Assembly (NCBI GenBank): GCA_037925075.1
Contig: JAXSNR010000002.1
Coordinates: 32,001 to 96,000, forward strand
Direction of reading: 5' to 3'
Source of the DNA: Aquificaceae bacterium
Lineage (GTDB): Bacteria > Aquificota > Aquificia > Aquificales > Aquificaceae
DNA length: 64,000 bases
Shown here: positions 18,348 through 30,270 of the stretch, in pieces
Layout: every line of letters starts with the position of its first letter
Position numbering within the stretch: position 1 is the first letter of the stretch
Made by a program: the position numbers and the translations under genes
Notes under the pieces: generated by a model
Database searches by the model: none
Seen by the model: the letters and a program-made list of their open reading frames with translations, nothing else
Told to the model about the DNA's origin: nothing

Positions 18348-18927
18348 TCTTTATGTTTGTGGGTTCTCCTTGAACTATACCAACCTTGTAGCCGTACCTT
18401 TCAAGAAGTTGGGCGTCATCGGTGGCATAAAAGCCTTCATTTCTTGCCCTAAAGTGGCATTCAAGGAGCGTTCTTTTTCTAAAAGCCTGAGGTGTTTGAG
18501 AAAGCCATAGGTTTTTTCTATCTACTGTCTCCACCACCATACCATGTGCAACCCTTTTTATGGTGTCCCTCACAGGCACCGCAGGTATTTTACCTTCAAA
18601 ATCTCCAAGCTGGGAAACCTTCAAAAAAAGCTCAAGGCTTGCAAAGGGTCTGGCACAGTCATGCACTATCACCACATCTCCCTTGGCTTCCAACAAGGCA
18701 TTAAACACCGAATCCTGCCTTTCTTTACCGCCCAATACCTTGACCACTCCCGGGGGAAGGCTTATTTTCATATCTTCTTCAGGAAGCACTAATAGTGTTT
18801 CCTCAAACCTGTCCAAAAGCCTCTCTAAAGAATGCATAAAAAGAGGCTTTCCCAAAAGCTTTTCAAACTGCTTTTTTCTACCAAACCGTCTTCCCTCACC
18901 CGCGGAGAGAAGAATAAGGCTTATCAT
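18286..18927 (-). CDS. ispD: 2-C-methyl-D-erythritol 4-phosphate cytidylyltransferase
   Basis: SAGEGRRFG, GGKERQDSV, VHDCARP, QTPQAF, TDDA, NIKITYPED. Confidence 0.94.
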   Translation of the reverse strand: MISLILLSAGEGRRFGRKKQFEKLLGKPLFMHSLERLLDRFEETLLVLPEEDMKISLPPGVVKVLGGKERQDSVFNALLEAKGDVVIVHDCARPFASLELFLKVSQLGDFEGKIPAVPVRDTIKRVAHGMVVETVDRKNLWLSQTPQAFRKRTLLECHFRARNEGFYATDDAQLLERYGYKVGIVQGEPTNIKITYPEDMLLAEAIGRLLGYG

Positions 18928-19301
18928 TCCTCTTTAAGCCTTTCTATCCTTTCTACTATATCTTCCCTTAGCTCCTCCACTATTGGGTTTTCAGAGGAGA
19001 AAAGGTACTCTCCTTTCCTATCAAGAACCAAGGCAAGAAGATAAAAACCCTTGACCTCATTTTCAAGTGCTTCCCTTGTTACCCTATCAAGAAACTTCTT
19101 TACACTTTCGGGGTCTTTTGTATTGACCCTCATATCCACAAACTCAAACTCTTCCACATCTACCTGGTTGGCTGGTAGGTTTTCCCTTTGAACGTAGATA
19201 GGGGAATACACACAATAAACCGTATGCTCACCTACTCCTTTTTCCTCTATGTTATCAAAAAGCCTTTCCACATAAGCTCTTACCTGATGCCTTACACTCA
19301 T
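18924..19301 (-). CDS. Hypothetical protein
   Basis: 125 aa acidic ORF whose stop overlaps the ispD start; no motif recognised. Confidence 0.65.
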   Translation of the reverse strand: MSVRHQVRAYVERLFDNIEEKGVGEHTVYCVYSPIYVQRENLPANQVDVEEFEFVDMRVNTKDPESVKKFLDRVTREALENEVKGFYLLALVLDRKGEYLFSSENPIVEELREDIVERIERLKEE

Positions 19302-19310
19302 GGGAATATT

Positions 19311-20744
19311 TTAGCCTAATAAATCAAAGATGACCATCTTTATCTCAGTGTAGTCTTCCATCGCAAAGTGTGGTCCCTCTCTCCCTATGCCCGAGTATTT
19401 TACACCACCATAGGGCATATGGTCCACCCTAAAGTTGGGACCTTCGTTTATGAGCACTCCTCCCGCCTGCGCATCTTTTATAAACTCCCAAGCTATGTTT
19501 ATATCCCTTGTAAAAACTCCCACCTGTAGCCCATAGTCCGAATCATTAACCATCCTTATAGCTTCTTCTACATCCCTGTAGGGGTTTACCACCACCACCG
19601 GTGCAAAGGCCTCCTCTTTAAATAGCTTTGTGTTTGTGGGGACAAGAGATACCACCGTTGGCGAGAGGACAGGAGAAACCCTATCTCCACAAGATATGCT
19701 ACCCGCCACAAGCCTTGCGCCTTCATGAAGAGCCTCATCTATCCACTCCTGAATTCTTTGAGCCTCAGAGATGCTTATCATAGGTCCCACATCCGTATCC
19801 TCCTGCATCGGGTCGCCCACCTTAAGCATACTCACCGCTTTCTCAAGCTCCTCCAAAAATCCTTCAAAAAGCTCCTCATGAACAAAGACCCTCTGCACAG
19901 AGATGCATACCTGACCCGCTATGGCATAGCCACCGAGGATTGTCTTCTGCACTGCCTTTTTTAGGTCTCCATCCTTATGAAGCACTATGGCTGAGTTTGA
20001 GCCAAGCTCAAGGACCACCTTCTTTATACCAGCCTGACGGGTTATTATCTCACCAACCTTTCTGCTACCGGTGAAAGAGACAACCCTCACATCTGGATGG
20101 GTTGTGATCACCTTTCCCACATCGCCGTAGCCCGGCAAAATGCTTATGGCTTCCGGTGGAAGCCCTGCTTCCAAAAGGATTTCACCGAGCATCAAAGGGG
20201 TAAGGGGAGTCCTTTCTGATGGCTTGAGGATGACCGCATTGCCACAGGCGAGAGCTGGTGCCACCTTGTGCATGGAAAGGTTCAGGGGGAAGTTAAAGGG
20301 AGTTATGGCGGAAACTATGCCCACGGGCTGGCGAATATAAAAGCCTACCTTGCCCTTTCCGTTTGGATGGGCATCTATGGGCACAACCTCACCGCTTATC
20401 CTCTTGGCCTCTTCCGCGGAGAAGATGAGGGTCTGTATGGCTCTTTGGACCTCTGCCCTTGCCTCCCTTATGGTCTTCCCCACCTCAAGCACCAAGGTTT
20501 TTGCAAACTCCTCTGCCCTCCCCCTTAGAAGCTGGCTTGCCCTCATAAGTATCTCGTACCTTTCGTAGGGTGTCAGAGAAGAGATTTTTTTGTACCCTTC
20601 CTTTGCTATTTCCACAGCCTTATGGCTATCTTCTTCGCTTGCCCTTGAGACCTGCGCGATTGTTTCGCCGGTGTATGGGTAAACCACTGGCAATTTTTCC
20701 TCTTTTGAAATCCACTGTCCGCCAAGCAAAAGCCCAGTCCTCAT
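19311..20744 (-). CDS. NAD(P)-dependent aldehyde dehydrogenase
   Basis: ITPFNFP, KPSERTP, SFTGS, LELGSN, catalytic GQVCIS, EEAFAP. Confidence 0.92.
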   Translation of the reverse strand: MRTGLLLGGQWISKEEKLPVVYPYTGETIAQVSRASEEDSHKAVEIAKEGYKKISSLTPYERYEILMRASQLLRGRAEEFAKTLVLEVGKTIREARAEVQRAIQTLIFSAEEAKRISGEVVPIDAHPNGKGKVGFYIRQPVGIVSAITPFNFPLNLSMHKVAPALACGNAVILKPSERTPLTPLMLGEILLEAGLPPEAISILPGYGDVGKVITTHPDVRVVSFTGSRKVGEIITRQAGIKKVVLELGSNSAIVLHKDGDLKKAVQKTILGGYAIAGQVCISVQRVFVHEELFEGFLEELEKAVSMLKVGDPMQEDTDVGPMISISEAQRIQEWIDEALHEGARLVAGSISCGDRVSPVLSPTVVSLVPTNTKLFKEEAFAPVVVVNPYRDVEEAIRMVNDSDYGLQVGVFTRDINIAWEFIKDAQAGGVLINEGPNFRVDHMPYGGVKYSGIGREGPHFAMEDYTEIKMVIFDLLG

Positions 20745-20766
20745 GGATTATAATTTTAAACCTATT

Positions 20767-21951
20767 ATGTTTTCTCCAGAAGAGCAGTTGAAAATCATAA
20801 AGCAGGGAACCGTTGAGATAATAGAAGAAGAAGAGCTTTTGAAAAAACTCAAGGAGGGCAGACCGCTTCGCATAAAGGCTGGCTTTGATCCCACCGCTCC
20901 AGACCTTCACTTAGGGCATACGGTTTTGCTTCAAAAACTCCGCCAGTTTCAGCTGTTGGGTCATGAAGTGTTTTTTATCATCGGGGATTTTACCGCCATG
21001 ATAGGAGACCCTACGGGAAGAAGTGAAACAAGGCCACCCCTTAGCAGGGAGCAAGTTTTGGAAAACGCCAAAACCTATGAGCATCAGGTCTTTAAGGTGC
21101 TTTTGCCGGAAAAAACAAACATAGTTTTTAACAGTACATGGCTATCTCCATTGGGTACAGAAGGACTTATAAGACTTGCTGGCCAATACACGGTCGCAAG
21201 GATGCTGGAAAGGGACGACTTTTCAAAGAGGTTCAAAGAAGGAAATCCCATATACATCCATGAGTTTATATATCCCTTGCTTCAGGGTTATGATTCTGTG
21301 TTTTTAAAGGCGGACGTGGAGCTGGGTGGCACGGACCAAAAGTTTAATCTCCTTGTGGGTAGAGACCTTCAGAGGGCTTATGGGCAAGAACCTCAGGTAT
21401 GTATAACTCTTCCCCTTCTTGTGGGCACAGATGGAGTTAAAAAGATGTCCAAGTCCTACGGCAACTACATAGGCATAACGGAAGAGCCAAACCAGATGTT
21501 TGGGAAAATCATGTCCATATCAGACGACCTTATGTGGGACTACTACCTTCTTCTCACAGACTACACGCAGGAGCAGATAGAAGAGTTCAAAAAAAGCCTT
21601 CATCCAATGGAAGCCAAAAAGAGTCTTGCCCATTACATAGTCTCCCGATACCACTCAAAGGAGCATGCGGACAAAGCCCTTGAGTTTTTTGAGAAGACCT
21701 TCTCCCAAAGAGAGTTTCCGGAGGATGCTCCTACTATTAAGGTTCCCGCTGGCTATCGCAGGAAGGTTTACGAACTTCTTTTTGAGCTTGGTATTGAAAG
21801 TTCAAAGAACTCTGCACGCAGGCTTATAGAAGGAGGAGGGCTAAAGATAGATGGTAAAAGGATAGAAGACCCCTTTGAGGATATAGAAATATCAGGAGAG
21901 CTTAGACTTCAGGCTGGCAAAAAAAGGTTTTACAGGATTATTCCCCAGTAG
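20767..21951 (+). CDS. tyrS: Tyrosine--tRNA ligase
   Basis: [27 protein letters not shown]-terminal S4-like domain; ATG 20767. Confidence 0.96.
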   Translation: MFSPEEQLKIIKQGTVEIIEEEELLKKLKEGRPLRIKAGFDPTAPDLHLGHTVLLQKLRQFQLLGHEVFFIIGDFTAMIGDPTGRSETRPPLSREQVLENAKTYEHQVFKVLLPEKTNIVFNSTWLSPLGTEGLIRLAGQYTVARMLERDDFSKRFKEGNPIYIHEFIYPLLQGYDSVFLKADVELGGTDQKFNLLVGRDLQRAYGQEPQVCITLPLLVGTDGVKKMSKSYGNYIGITEEPNQMFGKIMSISDDLMWDYYLLLTDYTQEQIEEFKKSLHPMEAKKSLAHYIVSRYHSKEHADKALEFFEKTFSQREFPEDAPTIKVPAGYRRKVYELLFELGIESSKNSARRLIEGGGLKIDGKRIEDPFEDIEISGELRLQAGKKRFYRIIPQ

Positions 21952-22192
21952 AAGTTTTAACCACCTTTACCCTGTTCCAATCTACTGGGCTAAAGCCCGA
22001 GGCCTCCGCATAGCTTTTGGCCGTTTTGTAATTTATGTACTTTTCTATCTCCGCCTTAAGTATAAGGCTCCTTTCCCTTTCCCTTTTTAGCTCCGATACC
22101 TTTTTGGTATATTCCTTGGCAACATCTACGCTGTAGGCTGAATAGAGAAGGTTAAGCAAAAAAAGTAAAGAGGTCGCAAGTAAGTATTTCAT
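21938..22192 (-). CDS. Small membrane-anchored coiled-coil protein, FtsL-like by position
   Basis: N-terminal TM helix plus coiled coil, directly downstream of rsmH. Confidence 0.55.
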   Translation of the reverse strand: MKYLLATSLLFLLNLLYSAYSVDVAKEYTKKVSELKRERERSLILKAEIEKYINYKTAKSYAEASGFSPVDWNRVKVVKTSTGE

Positions 22193-23046
22193 ACCTTTTC
22201 TCCTGCTCTAAGTTTCGCACTCCTGCTTGCGGGATTTCTTTCCACCTCTTCCATAGTAGGTACTATCGGCTTTTTTGTCAAGGGCTTAAGATGGGTTTTT
22301 ATGAAGTTTTTAACTATTCTGTCTTCAAGGGAGTGGAAGGATATGACCGCAAGCCTGCCACCAATCTTTAGAAAATCAAGGGTTTTGTGCAGGGCGATTT
22401 CAAGACTCTTGAGCTCTTCATTTACTTCCATCCTTATAGCCTGAAAAACTCTTGTGGCTGGATGTATCCTTCCACCCCTGTAAGGAAGCACTGAGGTTAT
22501 CACTTTTACAAGCTCGCCGGTGGTTTCTATGGGCTTTTTGGTCCTTGCAAGCACTATAGCCTTTGCTATTCTCTTTGCGTAGGGTTCTTCTCCGTACTCT
22601 TTAAATATCCTTTCCAAATCCTTTTCAGAGTAGTTATTAACCACGTAATAGGCGGTTAGCTTATCTTCTGGGTTCATCCTCATGTCCAAAGGCTCATCCC
22701 TTTGAAAGGAAAAACCCCTTGGGCTTTTTAGCTGTAGCATGGAGACCCCAAGGTCAAAAAGAAAGCCATCTACCTCTAAAACACCCTCCATTTTAAGGAC
22801 CTCATCAAGGTCCGCAAAGTTGGCATGATAGAGGCTGTACCTACCTTCAAAATCCTTTAGGTTTTCCTGTGCAAGCTCAAGGGCAGAAGGGTCCTTATCT
22901 ATACCTATCACAAAAGCCTGTGGGTTTTTCTCCAATATGCTTTTTGTATGACCGCCAAGACCCACCGTACAATCCACGTAAAGCCTCCCACCGTTGCCTA
23001 AAAGGATTTTGGTGGCTTCCTCAAGGAGGACGGGAACATGCATCAA
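22189..23046 (-). CDS. rsmH: 16S rRNA m4C1402 methyltransferase
   Basis: [44 protein letters not shown]. Confidence 0.96.
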   Translation of the reverse strand: MMHVPVLLEEATKILLGNGGRLYVDCTVGLGGHTKSILEKNPQAFVIGIDKDPSALELAQENLKDFEGRYSLYHANFADLDEVLKMEGVLEVDGFLFDLGVSMLQLKSPRGFSFQRDEPLDMRMNPEDKLTAYYVVNNYSEKDLERIFKEYGEEPYAKRIAKAIVLARTKKPIETTGELVKVITSVLPYRGGRIHPATRVFQAIRMEVNEELKSLEIALHKTLDFLKIGGRLAVISFHSLEDRIVKNFIKTHLKPLTKKPIVPTMEEVERNPASRSAKLRAGEKV

Positions 23047-23642
23047 TCTTTAAAAAGGCTCATCTGTTTTATGGGAGAAAAGCTCCTTCTGTGTATGGGA
23101 CTTTCTTTGTAAAGGTTTATAGCCCTTATATGCTCCTTTGTCGCATAGCCCTTATGCTTTGCAAAGTTGTACTGGGGAAAGATCCTGTGGTAATGCTCCA
23201 TTATCCTGTCTCTGAGAACTTTTGCCACCACACTGGCACAGGCACAGCTTATACTTTTTTCATCACCCTTTACAAGGGGCAAACAGTAATAGCCCTCTAC
23301 AGGCAGATAGTCGCTTATAACCACATGGAATTGGTGTTTTAGGTCTTCCAAAGCCCTTTTGAAGGCTATGATGTTTGCTTTTAGGATGCCAACCCTGTCT
23401 ATAAGCGAAGAGTCCACTACCGCGGTGCCTATGGCAAGGGCTTTTGACCTGATAAGCTCGTAAGCTTCTTCCCTCTCCTTTGAGGTCATAGCCTTTGAAT
23501 CCTTATCTATGAAAGGCTCTGTAAAGGGTGGAAGGATGACCGCACAGGCAACAAGGGGACCCGCAAGGGGTCCCCTACCCGCCTCATCAACACCAGCTAC
23601 CAAAAAGCCCTTCTCCCAATAGGGCTTTTCGTATTCTATCAT
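23043..23642 (-). CDS. rnhB: Ribonuclease HII
   Basis: [38 protein letters not shown] 23642. Confidence 0.95.
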   Translation of the reverse strand: MIEYEKPYWEKGFLVAGVDEAGRGPLAGPLVACAVILPPFTEPFIDKDSKAMTSKEREEAYELIRSKALAIGTAVVDSSLIDRVGILKANIIAFKRALEDLKHQFHVVISDYLPVEGYYCLPLVKGDEKSISCACASVVAKVLRDRIMEHYHRIFPQYNFAKHKGYATKEHIRAINLYKESPIHRRSFSPIKQMSLFKD

Positions 23643-24016
23643 CCCTTCTTCTTTAGCTCCCAAGGTTTTATTTCTCTTATCTTACCCATAGCCTCTTTGC
23701 CCTTGTATTTGCGTAGGAAGTAAAGCTTTGCCCTTCTCACCTTGCCGTACTTTACTATCTCAATCCTTTCTATGTTTGGGCTGTAGTAGGGGAAAATTCT
23801 TTCTATGCCTACTCCGTAGGACTCTTTTCTCACGGTAAAGGTTTTACCTATACCACTACCCCTTATCCTTATCACCACACCCTCAAAGGGCTGGATTCTC
23901 TCCTTTTCTCCTTCCACTATCTTGTAATGTACCCTTATGGTATCACCTACCTTGAAGGGTGGGTATTCTTTCTTTAAGAGGTATAGCTCCTTAACCTTTT
24001 GCATGACGCTACTCAT
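23639..24016 (-). CDS. rplS: 50S ribosomal protein L19
   Basis: [32 protein letters not shown]. Confidence 0.97.
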   Translation of the reverse strand: MSSVMQKVKELYLLKKEYPPFKVGDTIRVHYKIVEGEKERIQPFEGVVIRIRGSGIGKTFTVRKESYGVGIERIFPYYSPNIERIEIVKYGKVRRAKLYFLRKYKGKEAMGKIREIKPWELKKKG

Positions 24017-24088
24017 GGTAGAACCTCCTGATAGAATAACTATACAATTTTAGCATAAAAGGAAGGGTATGGTATAATTCATAAAGTA

Positions 24089-25663
24089 GTGGATTACTCA
24101 GCTCTTGACCTTATACCAGAACCAGTTTTTATAGTGGATGAACAGCACAAGGTTCTCTTTGCCAACAGAAGGGCAAGGGAGGTATACGGAGATAAGGGAG
24201 AGACCTGTTATGCACTTTCTCATGCCTTTGGAAAGCCCTGTTATGAGTATGAAGGACACCCCTGTCCCGTAAAAAACATAAGAGAGCTTGGGCTAAAAAG
24301 GTCTGGCGTTATACATATACACAGAACTGAAAAGGGTGAAAGGTACTTCTACATTATGGCGGAACACTTTCCAGATGAGGGTTTTTATTTGGAGCTTCAC
24401 ATAGACCTTTTTGACCTTATGGAAAACCTTAAGCTTAGTGGACAGAGGCCTGAGCTTCTTTTTTCTTCAGGACCGGTGGTTTTCTTTCAATGGAAAAGGG
24501 CGGAGGGATGGCCTGTTGAATTTGTATCTCCCAATGTGGTTGATCTACTTGGATACACTTCAGAGGATTTTCTATCTGGAAGGATAAATTATGCGGAGCT
24601 CATACATCCAGAAGACATAGAAAGGGTTGCGGAAGAGGTAGCATACCATACAGAAAAGGTCTCTCCCTTCTGGACGCATCAGCCCTATAGACTTAGAAGA
24701 AAAGACGGAAAATACGTATGGATCCTTGACCACACCGTACCCATAAAAAATAATTCAGGTCAGGTTGTAGGCTATTACGGATACCTGATAGATATAACAG
24801 AAAAGCATGAACAGGAACAACTCTTTCGTATTCTTGCGGAATCAAACCCTCATGGGGTGTTTGTGTATGACTTTTGGGAAAACAAATTTCTTTATGTAAA
24901 TCAAAAGATATGTGAGCTTTCGGGCTATAGCAGAGAGGAGCTTCTAAAGAAGGACCCGATAAGCCTTGTTTTTTGGAGGGATAGGGAAAGGGTGTTGGAA
25001 AATTTAAAGAGAAGAAGGGAAGGGTATAAAGGTGCGATCAGCTACAAGCTTAGAATAAACACCAAGAAGGGAAAAACAAAATGGGTCAAGCTTTCTTCTG
25101 TTACCGCTTCCTTTAAAGGCAAAGAGGTTTCCATAATAACCCTTGTAGATATCTCAAAGGAGATGGAAAGAGAAAGACTTCTCACAAGGCTTGCCACAAG
25201 AGACCAGCTTACCGGTATATTTAACAGATACGCTTTAATTCATAGCTTTGAATATCTTATAGCCCAAGCAAACAGATATGGCACAACCTTCTCTTTTATA
25301 ATCTTTGACATAGACAACTTCAAAAGTTTAAACGATACATACGGGCACCTTATGGGAGATAAGGTATTAAGAGAGCTGGCTAAAAAGGTAAAGAAGGTTA
25401 TAAGGAAAAGTGATATCTTTGGAAGGTGGGGTGGTGAGGAATTCGTGGTGCTCCTACCCATGACTTCAGAACCTTACGCACCTGCGGAGAAAATTAGAAG
25501 GGCTATTGAAAACAGCGAGTTTCCTAAGGGTTTGAAAATAACCATATCTCTGGGGGCAACCACCTACAAAGAGGGAGATACTATAGATAGCATGATTTCA
25601 AGGGCGGACGAGGCACTCTATCGGGCAAAGCAAAACGGGAAGAATAAAACAGTGGTCCTCTAA
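24089..25663 (+). CDS. Multi-PAS diguanylate cyclase
   Basis: Three PAS-like segments, [16 protein letters not shown]-site RKSD, GGEEF. Confidence 0.92.
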   Translation: MDYSALDLIPEPVFIVDEQHKVLFANRRAREVYGDKGETCYALSHAFGKPCYEYEGHPCPVKNIRELGLKRSGVIHIHRTEKGERYFYIMAEHFPDEGFYLELHIDLFDLMENLKLSGQRPELLFSSGPVVFFQWKRAEGWPVEFVSPNVVDLLGYTSEDFLSGRINYAELIHPEDIERVAEEVAYHTEKVSPFWTHQPYRLRRKDGKYVWILDHTVPIKNNSGQVVGYYGYLIDITEKHEQEQLFRILAESNPHGVFVYDFWENKFLYVNQKICELSGYSREELLKKDPISLVFWRDRERVLENLKRRREGYKGAISYKLRINTKKGKTKWVKLSSVTASFKGKEVSIITLVDISKEMERERLLTRLATRDQLTGIFNRYALIHSFEYLIAQANRYGTTFSFIIFDIDNFKSLNDTYGHLMGDKVLRELAKKVKKVIRKSDIFGRWGGEEFVVLLPMTSEPYAPAEKIRRAIENSEFPKGLKITISLGATTYKEGDTIDSMISRADEALYRAKQNGKNKTVVL

Positions 25664-26157
25664 GAGATTTCTTCCCTGAGTTTTTTGTTCATCTCTTCCA
25701 CCTTTTCTTTGAGAGACCTCTCATAATCTCTAAGTTTCTCTTCTAAATCTGGATACTTTATAGAAAGAATTCTCACCGCAAGAAGTCCTGCGTTTGTACC
25801 GTTGCCTATGCCAACCGTTGCGACGGGAACGCCCGCTGGCATCTGCACTATGGAGTAAAGGGAATCCACACCGCTTAGATGTTTAGAAGGCACTGGAACG
25901 CCTATCACAGGCAAGGTGGTCATGCTGGCTGTCATCCCGGGAAGATGGGCAGAACCCCCCGCACCAGCGATTATCACCTCTATACCTCTTTCTCTTGCGG
26001 TTCTTGCGTACTCGTACATGGCTTCTGGAGTTCTGTGGGCGGATACCACTTTAACCTCGCAGGGAACATCAAAATTTTTAAGCACCTCGTAGGCGGGCTT
26101 TAGCCACTCCCAGTCGGAAAGGCTACCCATTATTATGCCTACTAAAGGGTTTTTCAT
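25660..26157 (-). CDS. purE: N5-CAIR mutase
   Basis: [40 protein letters not shown] 26157. Confidence 0.95.
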   Translation of the reverse strand: MKNPLVGIIMGSLSDWEWLKPAYEVLKNFDVPCEVKVVSAHRTPEAMYEYARTARERGIEVIIAGAGGSAHLPGMTASMTTLPVIGVPVPSKHLSGVDSLYSIVQMPAGVPVATVGIGNGTNAGLLAVRILSIKYPDLEEKLRDYERSLKEKVEEMNKKLREEIS

Positions 26158-26175
26158 GCTTATAATTTTACCTTC

Positions 26176-26580
26176 ATGGACATCCAAAACCTTATGAAGG
26201 AACTTCTTGATATGGAAGAGTACCTTTGGCAAAGACGTATGAAGTTGCTTAGCCAGTATCAAGGGGTTCAGGAGATGAGGCAAAGGATATCTCAGCTTGA
26301 AAGGGCTCTTGAGGAGGAGACGGAGCTTAATATGAAAGAAATCATAGAGTTGGTGGAGGATTACGAAAAGGACCCCAGAAACTTGGAACTGTTAAGGTAC
26401 GAGATGGGAGAGTTGGCGGTCTATGTGGTGCAAAGGTTGATAGACAGGGTCAAACAGATAAGGGATATGAGGGCTGAGGTGGATGAGTTAGAAAGGGAGA
26501 TTATGGAGATAGATGTTGAAATAGACAGAAAGCTTGAGAAACTGCAAGAGTACAAAAGAAGAATTCAAGGAATGCAATGA
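26176..26580 (+). CDS. Hypothetical coiled-coil protein
   Basis: 134 aa, E/R/L/M-rich heptads; stop overlaps the next start. Confidence 0.65.
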   Translation: MDIQNLMKELLDMEEYLWQRRMKLLSQYQGVQEMRQRISQLERALEEETELNMKEIIELVEDYEKDPRNLELLRYEMGELAVYVVQRLIDRVKQIRDMRAEVDELEREIMEIDVEIDRKLEKLQEYKRRIQGMQ

Positions 26581-27116
26581 AAAGACCCATAATGCTTATA
26601 GACCTTGACAGGTGCATAGGCTGTCTTTCCTGTGAGGTCGCATGCAAACAAGAAAAAGGGCTTGAAAACTTTGGCATAAGGCCTATGAAGGTCTTCAGGA
26701 TTGGAGGCATAGGCGATAGAGCTGATGCCTTTTTCTTGCCTATGAACTGCTTTCACTGTGAGCCCGCACCCTGCGTTTATGCCTGTCCCACCTCCGCCAT
26801 GAGGAAAAGAGAAGATGGCATAGTGTATGTGGAAGAGCTACGATGCATAGGTTGTAAGGCTTGCATAATCGCCTGTCCCTACGGAGCCATAGCCTTTAAT
26901 CCAGCGACCATGAAGGTGGAAAAGTGCGATTACTGTTATAAAAGGGTTGATGCGGGTTTGCTTCCTTCATGTGTTTCTAAGTGCGTAACCAACTGCCTGT
27001 ACTTTGTGGAGATAGAAGACGTACCAAAGCAAAGGCACATGGCAAGGAGGATAGACTCGGAGCTATACAGGGAGCTTTTCAGTTGGAGGTCAGAGGAAAA
27101 ACCTCTTGAGGTCTAA
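26577..27116 (+). CDS. Four-cluster 4Fe-4S electron-transfer protein (DmsB/FdhB-like)
   Basis: CIGCLSCEVAC, CFHCEPAPCVYACP, CIGCKACIIACPY, KCDYC...PSCVSKC. Confidence 0.88.
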   Translation: MKRPIMLIDLDRCIGCLSCEVACKQEKGLENFGIRPMKVFRIGGIGDRADAFFLPMNCFHCEPAPCVYACPTSAMRKREDGIVYVEELRCIGCKACIIACPYGAIAFNPATMKVEKCDYCYKRVDAGLLPSCVSKCVTNCLYFVEIEDVPKQRHMARRIDSELYRELFSWRSEEKPLEV

Positions 27117-27848
27117 AAGGACTCCCCAAAAAACACCCATTGAGAGAAAAGGTCCATAGGGTACGGCAAATTGAAGGCTTCTGTTTTTTACTATTATGGG
27201 CAAAGCGTACAAAAGCCCAATCACAGAGCCAAGAAAGACCGCGTACAAAACGCCCCACAGACCAGCAACAGAACCTATAAAAGCCATAAGTTCTACATCT
27301 CCAAAGCCAAGCCCTTCTATCCTTCTTAGCTTTTTGTAGTAGAGGTATATGAGTAAAAAGGAGCCACCACCCACAAGAGCAGACAAGAGGCTTTCTTGAA
27401 GACTAAAATCTTTCCTGAGAAGAGAGGTAATAAGCCCAAAGGCAAGCCCTCCAAGAGTAAGGCTACCGGGTAGCATAAAGGTGTCCCAATCTATGAGGCT
27501 TGCAACAAGAAGAATGGAAAAAAACACGAAGAAAATAAGGCTTAAAAGGGGTTCTTCAAACCTAAGCCTACAAAGGACCATGAGGATACCAGTAAAGGCT
27601 TCCACAAGAGGATACCTAAAAGATATCCTTCCTCCGCAGTGCCTACACCTACCCCTGAGAATAAAGTAAGAAAGTATAGGTATGTTATCGTACCACCTTA
27701 TTTTCTTTCCACAGTGAGGACAGTGCGAAGGAGGTGATACGATGGATATGCGTCTGGGTATTCTGTACACAAGCACATTGTAAAAGCTTCCCAAGCTTGC
27801 ACCGAGCATAAATAAAAGGACATACTCGAGGAGTTGAAGGGGTTCCAC
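27090..27848 (-). CDS. pilD: Prepilin peptidase
   Basis: GSFYNV, SHCPHC, RCRHC, RYPLVE, GLGFGDVEL, PYGPFL. Confidence 0.9.
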   Translation of the reverse strand: MEPLQLLEYVLLFMLGASLGSFYNVLVYRIPRRISIVSPPSHCPHCGKKIRWYDNIPILSYFILRGRCRHCGGRISFRYPLVEAFTGILMVLCRLRFEEPLLSLIFFVFFSILLVASLIDWDTFMLPGSLTLGGLAFGLITSLLRKDFSLQESLLSALVGGGSFLLIYLYYKKLRRIEGLGFGDVELMAFIGSVAGLWGVLYAVFLGSVIGLLYALPIIVKNRSLQFAVPYGPFLSMGVFWGVLLDLKRFFL

Positions 27849-27869
27849 CTTGGACTAAAATTATAAAGC

Positions 27870-28346
27870 ATGAAAAGATTGTTTACCCTCCTGTTCTTTT
27901 TACTTTTGGCTTCATGCCAGCAAAAAAAGGCTATTCAGGAATCTGAGATAAAGGACATAGTGCCAAAAAATCAATACGCCATGCTAATAGTGGAGAGCGA
28001 AAGCTGTATATACTGCAAACAGCTCAAAAAAGACCTTCAAAGGGAAGATATAGCATCGGAACTTAGCGGAATAGACCTATACAGCGTGCTCTACGAAAGC
28101 AACGCAAAGGTTAGATACATACTCAAGGGAAAAGAGGGCATAAGCACAGAGGAGGAGCTTGCAAAAGCCCTAAGGGTCAATTCCTTCCCTCAGATCTTCT
28201 TCTACGATAAGGAAGGGAACATAGTACTTCACCTACCGGGCTACCAGCCACCCAAAACCCTTGCGTGCACCATAAGGTTTGTAAAGGAAGAAAGATACAA
28301 AAACTCCCAGTATATGGACTACCTAAAGGCTGAAAGATGCATCTAA
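27870..28346 (+). CDS. Thioredoxin-fold lipoprotein (SoxW-like)
   Basis: Lipobox LLASC, CIYC motif, FPQIFFYD, LPGY. Confidence 0.75.
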   Translation: MKRLFTLLFFLLLASCQQKKAIQESEIKDIVPKNQYAMLIVESESCIYCKQLKKDLQREDIASELSGIDLYSVLYESNAKVRYILKGKEGISTEEELAKALRVNSFPQIFFYDKEGNIVLHLPGYQPPKTLACTIRFVKEERYKNSQYMDYLKAERCI

Positions 28347-28990
28347 AAGCCATCCTCTTTGACTTGGATGGAACGCTTATAGACTCCTACAAGGACATAG
28401 GAATCCATCTAAACAGGACTTTGATGGACTTCAAAAGGCGAGAGGTGGATATAGAAGAGGTCAGGTATATGGTGGGAGGTGGAGCAAGGGAGCTACTGAA
28501 AAGGTTTTTTCAGGATGGGCTTCTTGAAGAGGCTATAAAGGTTTTTAGGGAGTACTACCTAAGGGAGCCTGTTATACACACAAGACCTTTTGAAGGCCTA
28601 AGGGAAGTTCTTCAGGAGGCGGTCAAAAGGGGTATAAGGCTTGCGGTGGTCACCAACAAGATGGAAAGCCTCTCAAGGGTTATACTTCAAAGGCTTGACA
28701 TGGAAAAATATTTTTCAGTCCTTATTGGAGGAGACACTCTGCCAGAGAAGAAGCCCTCAGCCATGCCTGTACTTGAAGCCCTAAAGGGTTTAGGGGTTTT
28801 GCCCTCAGAAGCTATCATGGTGGGAGACACAGAATCAGACCTAAAGGCTGGCAGGCTTGCGGGTGTAAAAAGAGTACTTGCAAAATGGGGATACGTTAAG
28901 ATATATGAAGAGGTGCCAGACCTTGAGCTTGAAAGCCCAACAGATCTGGTTAAGTTAATCCACGCAGACCTCAAAGATCTTAGAACTTGA
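28337..28990 (+). CDS. HAD-family phosphatase (phosphoglycolate phosphatase-like)
   Basis: FDLDGTLIDS, VVTNK, KKP, MVGDTESD. Confidence 0.88.
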   Translation: MHLKAILFDLDGTLIDSYKDIGIHLNRTLMDFKRREVDIEEVRYMVGGGARELLKRFFQDGLLEEAIKVFREYYLREPVIHTRPFEGLREVLQEAVKRGIRLAVVTNKMESLSRVILQRLDMEKYFSVLIGGDTLPEKKPSAMPVLEALKGLGVLPSEAIMVGDTESDLKAGRLAGVKRVLAKWGYVKIYEEVPDLELESPTDLVKLIHADLKDLRT

Positions 28991-29179
28991 GGTAAAACCT
29001 TTGAGGAGCCTTACCTTTGATTTTGAAACCTTAAAGTGGTCTGCCAGAAGCTCCCTTATTCTCTCGTTGGCTTTGCCTCCCTCTGGTGGCTCTTTTACCC
29101 TAACCTCATAAAGATCCTTTTCTATCTCTTTTACGTACTCTACCTTTGATCCCGGCTTTGCTTTTACCCTCAAAATCAC
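28955..29179 (-). CDS. DUF167 (YggU) family protein
   Basis: VKAKPGSK, PPEGGKANE, LLKGFTSSSK. Confidence 0.85.
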   Translation of the reverse strand: MILRVKAKPGSKVEYVKEIEKDLYEVRVKEPPEGGKANERIRELLADHFKVSKSKVRLLKGFTSSSKIFEVCVD

Positions 29180-29382
29180 TCCTCTGTTATCTCCCTGAAG
29201 GCTTTGTACTTTATGGTGTAAAGCACCACAAAGCCATCTATGCCGTGCTCCCTTGCCAAGCTTGTTTCCACATCAAGCACCTCTCCACCTTCTTGCTCCA
29301 ATGCGGAAAGGACCTCGTTAAGCTTCTCTGTTATCTCTTTATTGTCACCCTCAAGGGAGACCACCATACACCTATATGCCAT
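29176..29382 (-). CDS. Small hypothetical protein
   Basis: 68 aa ORF tightly coupled to both neighbours. Confidence 0.6.
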   Translation of the reverse strand: MAYRCMVVSLEGDNKEITEKLNEVLSALEQEGGEVLDVETSLAREHGIDGFVVLYTIKYKAFREITEE

Positions 29383-29384
29383 GT

Positions 29385-30254
29385 TTAAAAGTATAACTCT
29401 TCAAAGCTGTCAAGCCCCTTATAAACCATAAAAAGCCTCTCAAGCCCTATGGAACATCCCGCACAGGCTGGGAAGCTTTCATAAGCCTTGAGAAGCTCCT
29501 CATCCAAGGGTAGGTTTCTACCCCTTTTAAAGTTCTCCATCCTCTTCCTTATCTCCTCAGGGTTTGTCTCTTCCGTCCAGCCGTTGGCTATCTCTATGCC
29601 TTTTATATAAAGCTCAAACCTCTCCGCATAGCCATCCACCACCTTTGCGTAAGAACTTAGCCCTTTAGGAAAGTGGGTTATAAACTCGGGCTTTTCTCTC
29701 CCAAGATGCCTTTCCACCTCCACGTATATCCTGAAAAAGAGAGTTTCCCAGTCCTCCTTGTCGTCAAATTCGTAGCCGTAGGCGAGAAGGTTGTTTTTAA
29801 AAATCTCCTCATCCTCCGAAAGCACCACACCCGCATACTCCTCAAAGGCATGCTCAAGCCTGATAGTTAGGTAATCTTCCGCTATCCTCAAAAAGCTTAG
29901 AAGCTCACCTATCTCTTCTATCAAATGGCGGTAGTCCGCATCCAGTTTGTACCACTCAAGCATGGTGAATTCTCTTTTGTTTAGCCTTCCGCATTCGTCG
30001 TTTCTAAAAACCTTGGCAATCTGGAATATGTCCCTCTTGTGCTCGGCCAGAAGCTTTTTCATGGAGAACTCTGGTGAGGTCTGAAGCCACAGCTTTTTCT
30101 CTTTTCCGCATTCTATCACCTTTAGCTCTATGGGCTCTACGTTTAGGTCTATGTTTGGATATTCCAGAAGAATGGGGGTATGAACTTCTAAGTATCCCTT
30201 TTTTTTGAAAAACTCTTTGACCTTATCAATGAATTGAGACCACTCAAAGATCAT
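29385..30254 (-). CDS. epmA: EF-P--(R)-beta-lysine ligase (lysyl-tRNA synthetase-like GenX)
   Basis: LQTSPEFSMKKLL, FRNDE, EFTMLEWY, AERFELY, EIANG, GLERL; true start ATG 30254, since the longer track ORF overlaps the tRNA. Confidence 0.88.
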   Translation of the reverse strand: MIFEWSQFIDKVKEFFKKKGYLEVHTPILLEYPNIDLNVEPIELKVIECGKEKKLWLQTSPEFSMKKLLAEHKRDIFQIAKVFRNDECGRLNKREFTMLEWYKLDADYRHLIEEIGELLSFLRIAEDYLTIRLEHAFEEYAGVVLSEDEEIFKNNLLAYGYEFDDKEDWETLFFRIYVEVERHLGREKPEFITHFPKGLSSYAKVVDGYAERFELYIKGIEIANGWTEETNPEEIRKRMENFKRGRNLPLDEELLKAYESFPACAGCSIGLERLFMVYKGLDSFEELYF

Positions 30255-30270
30255 CCAAAGGATTATAACA

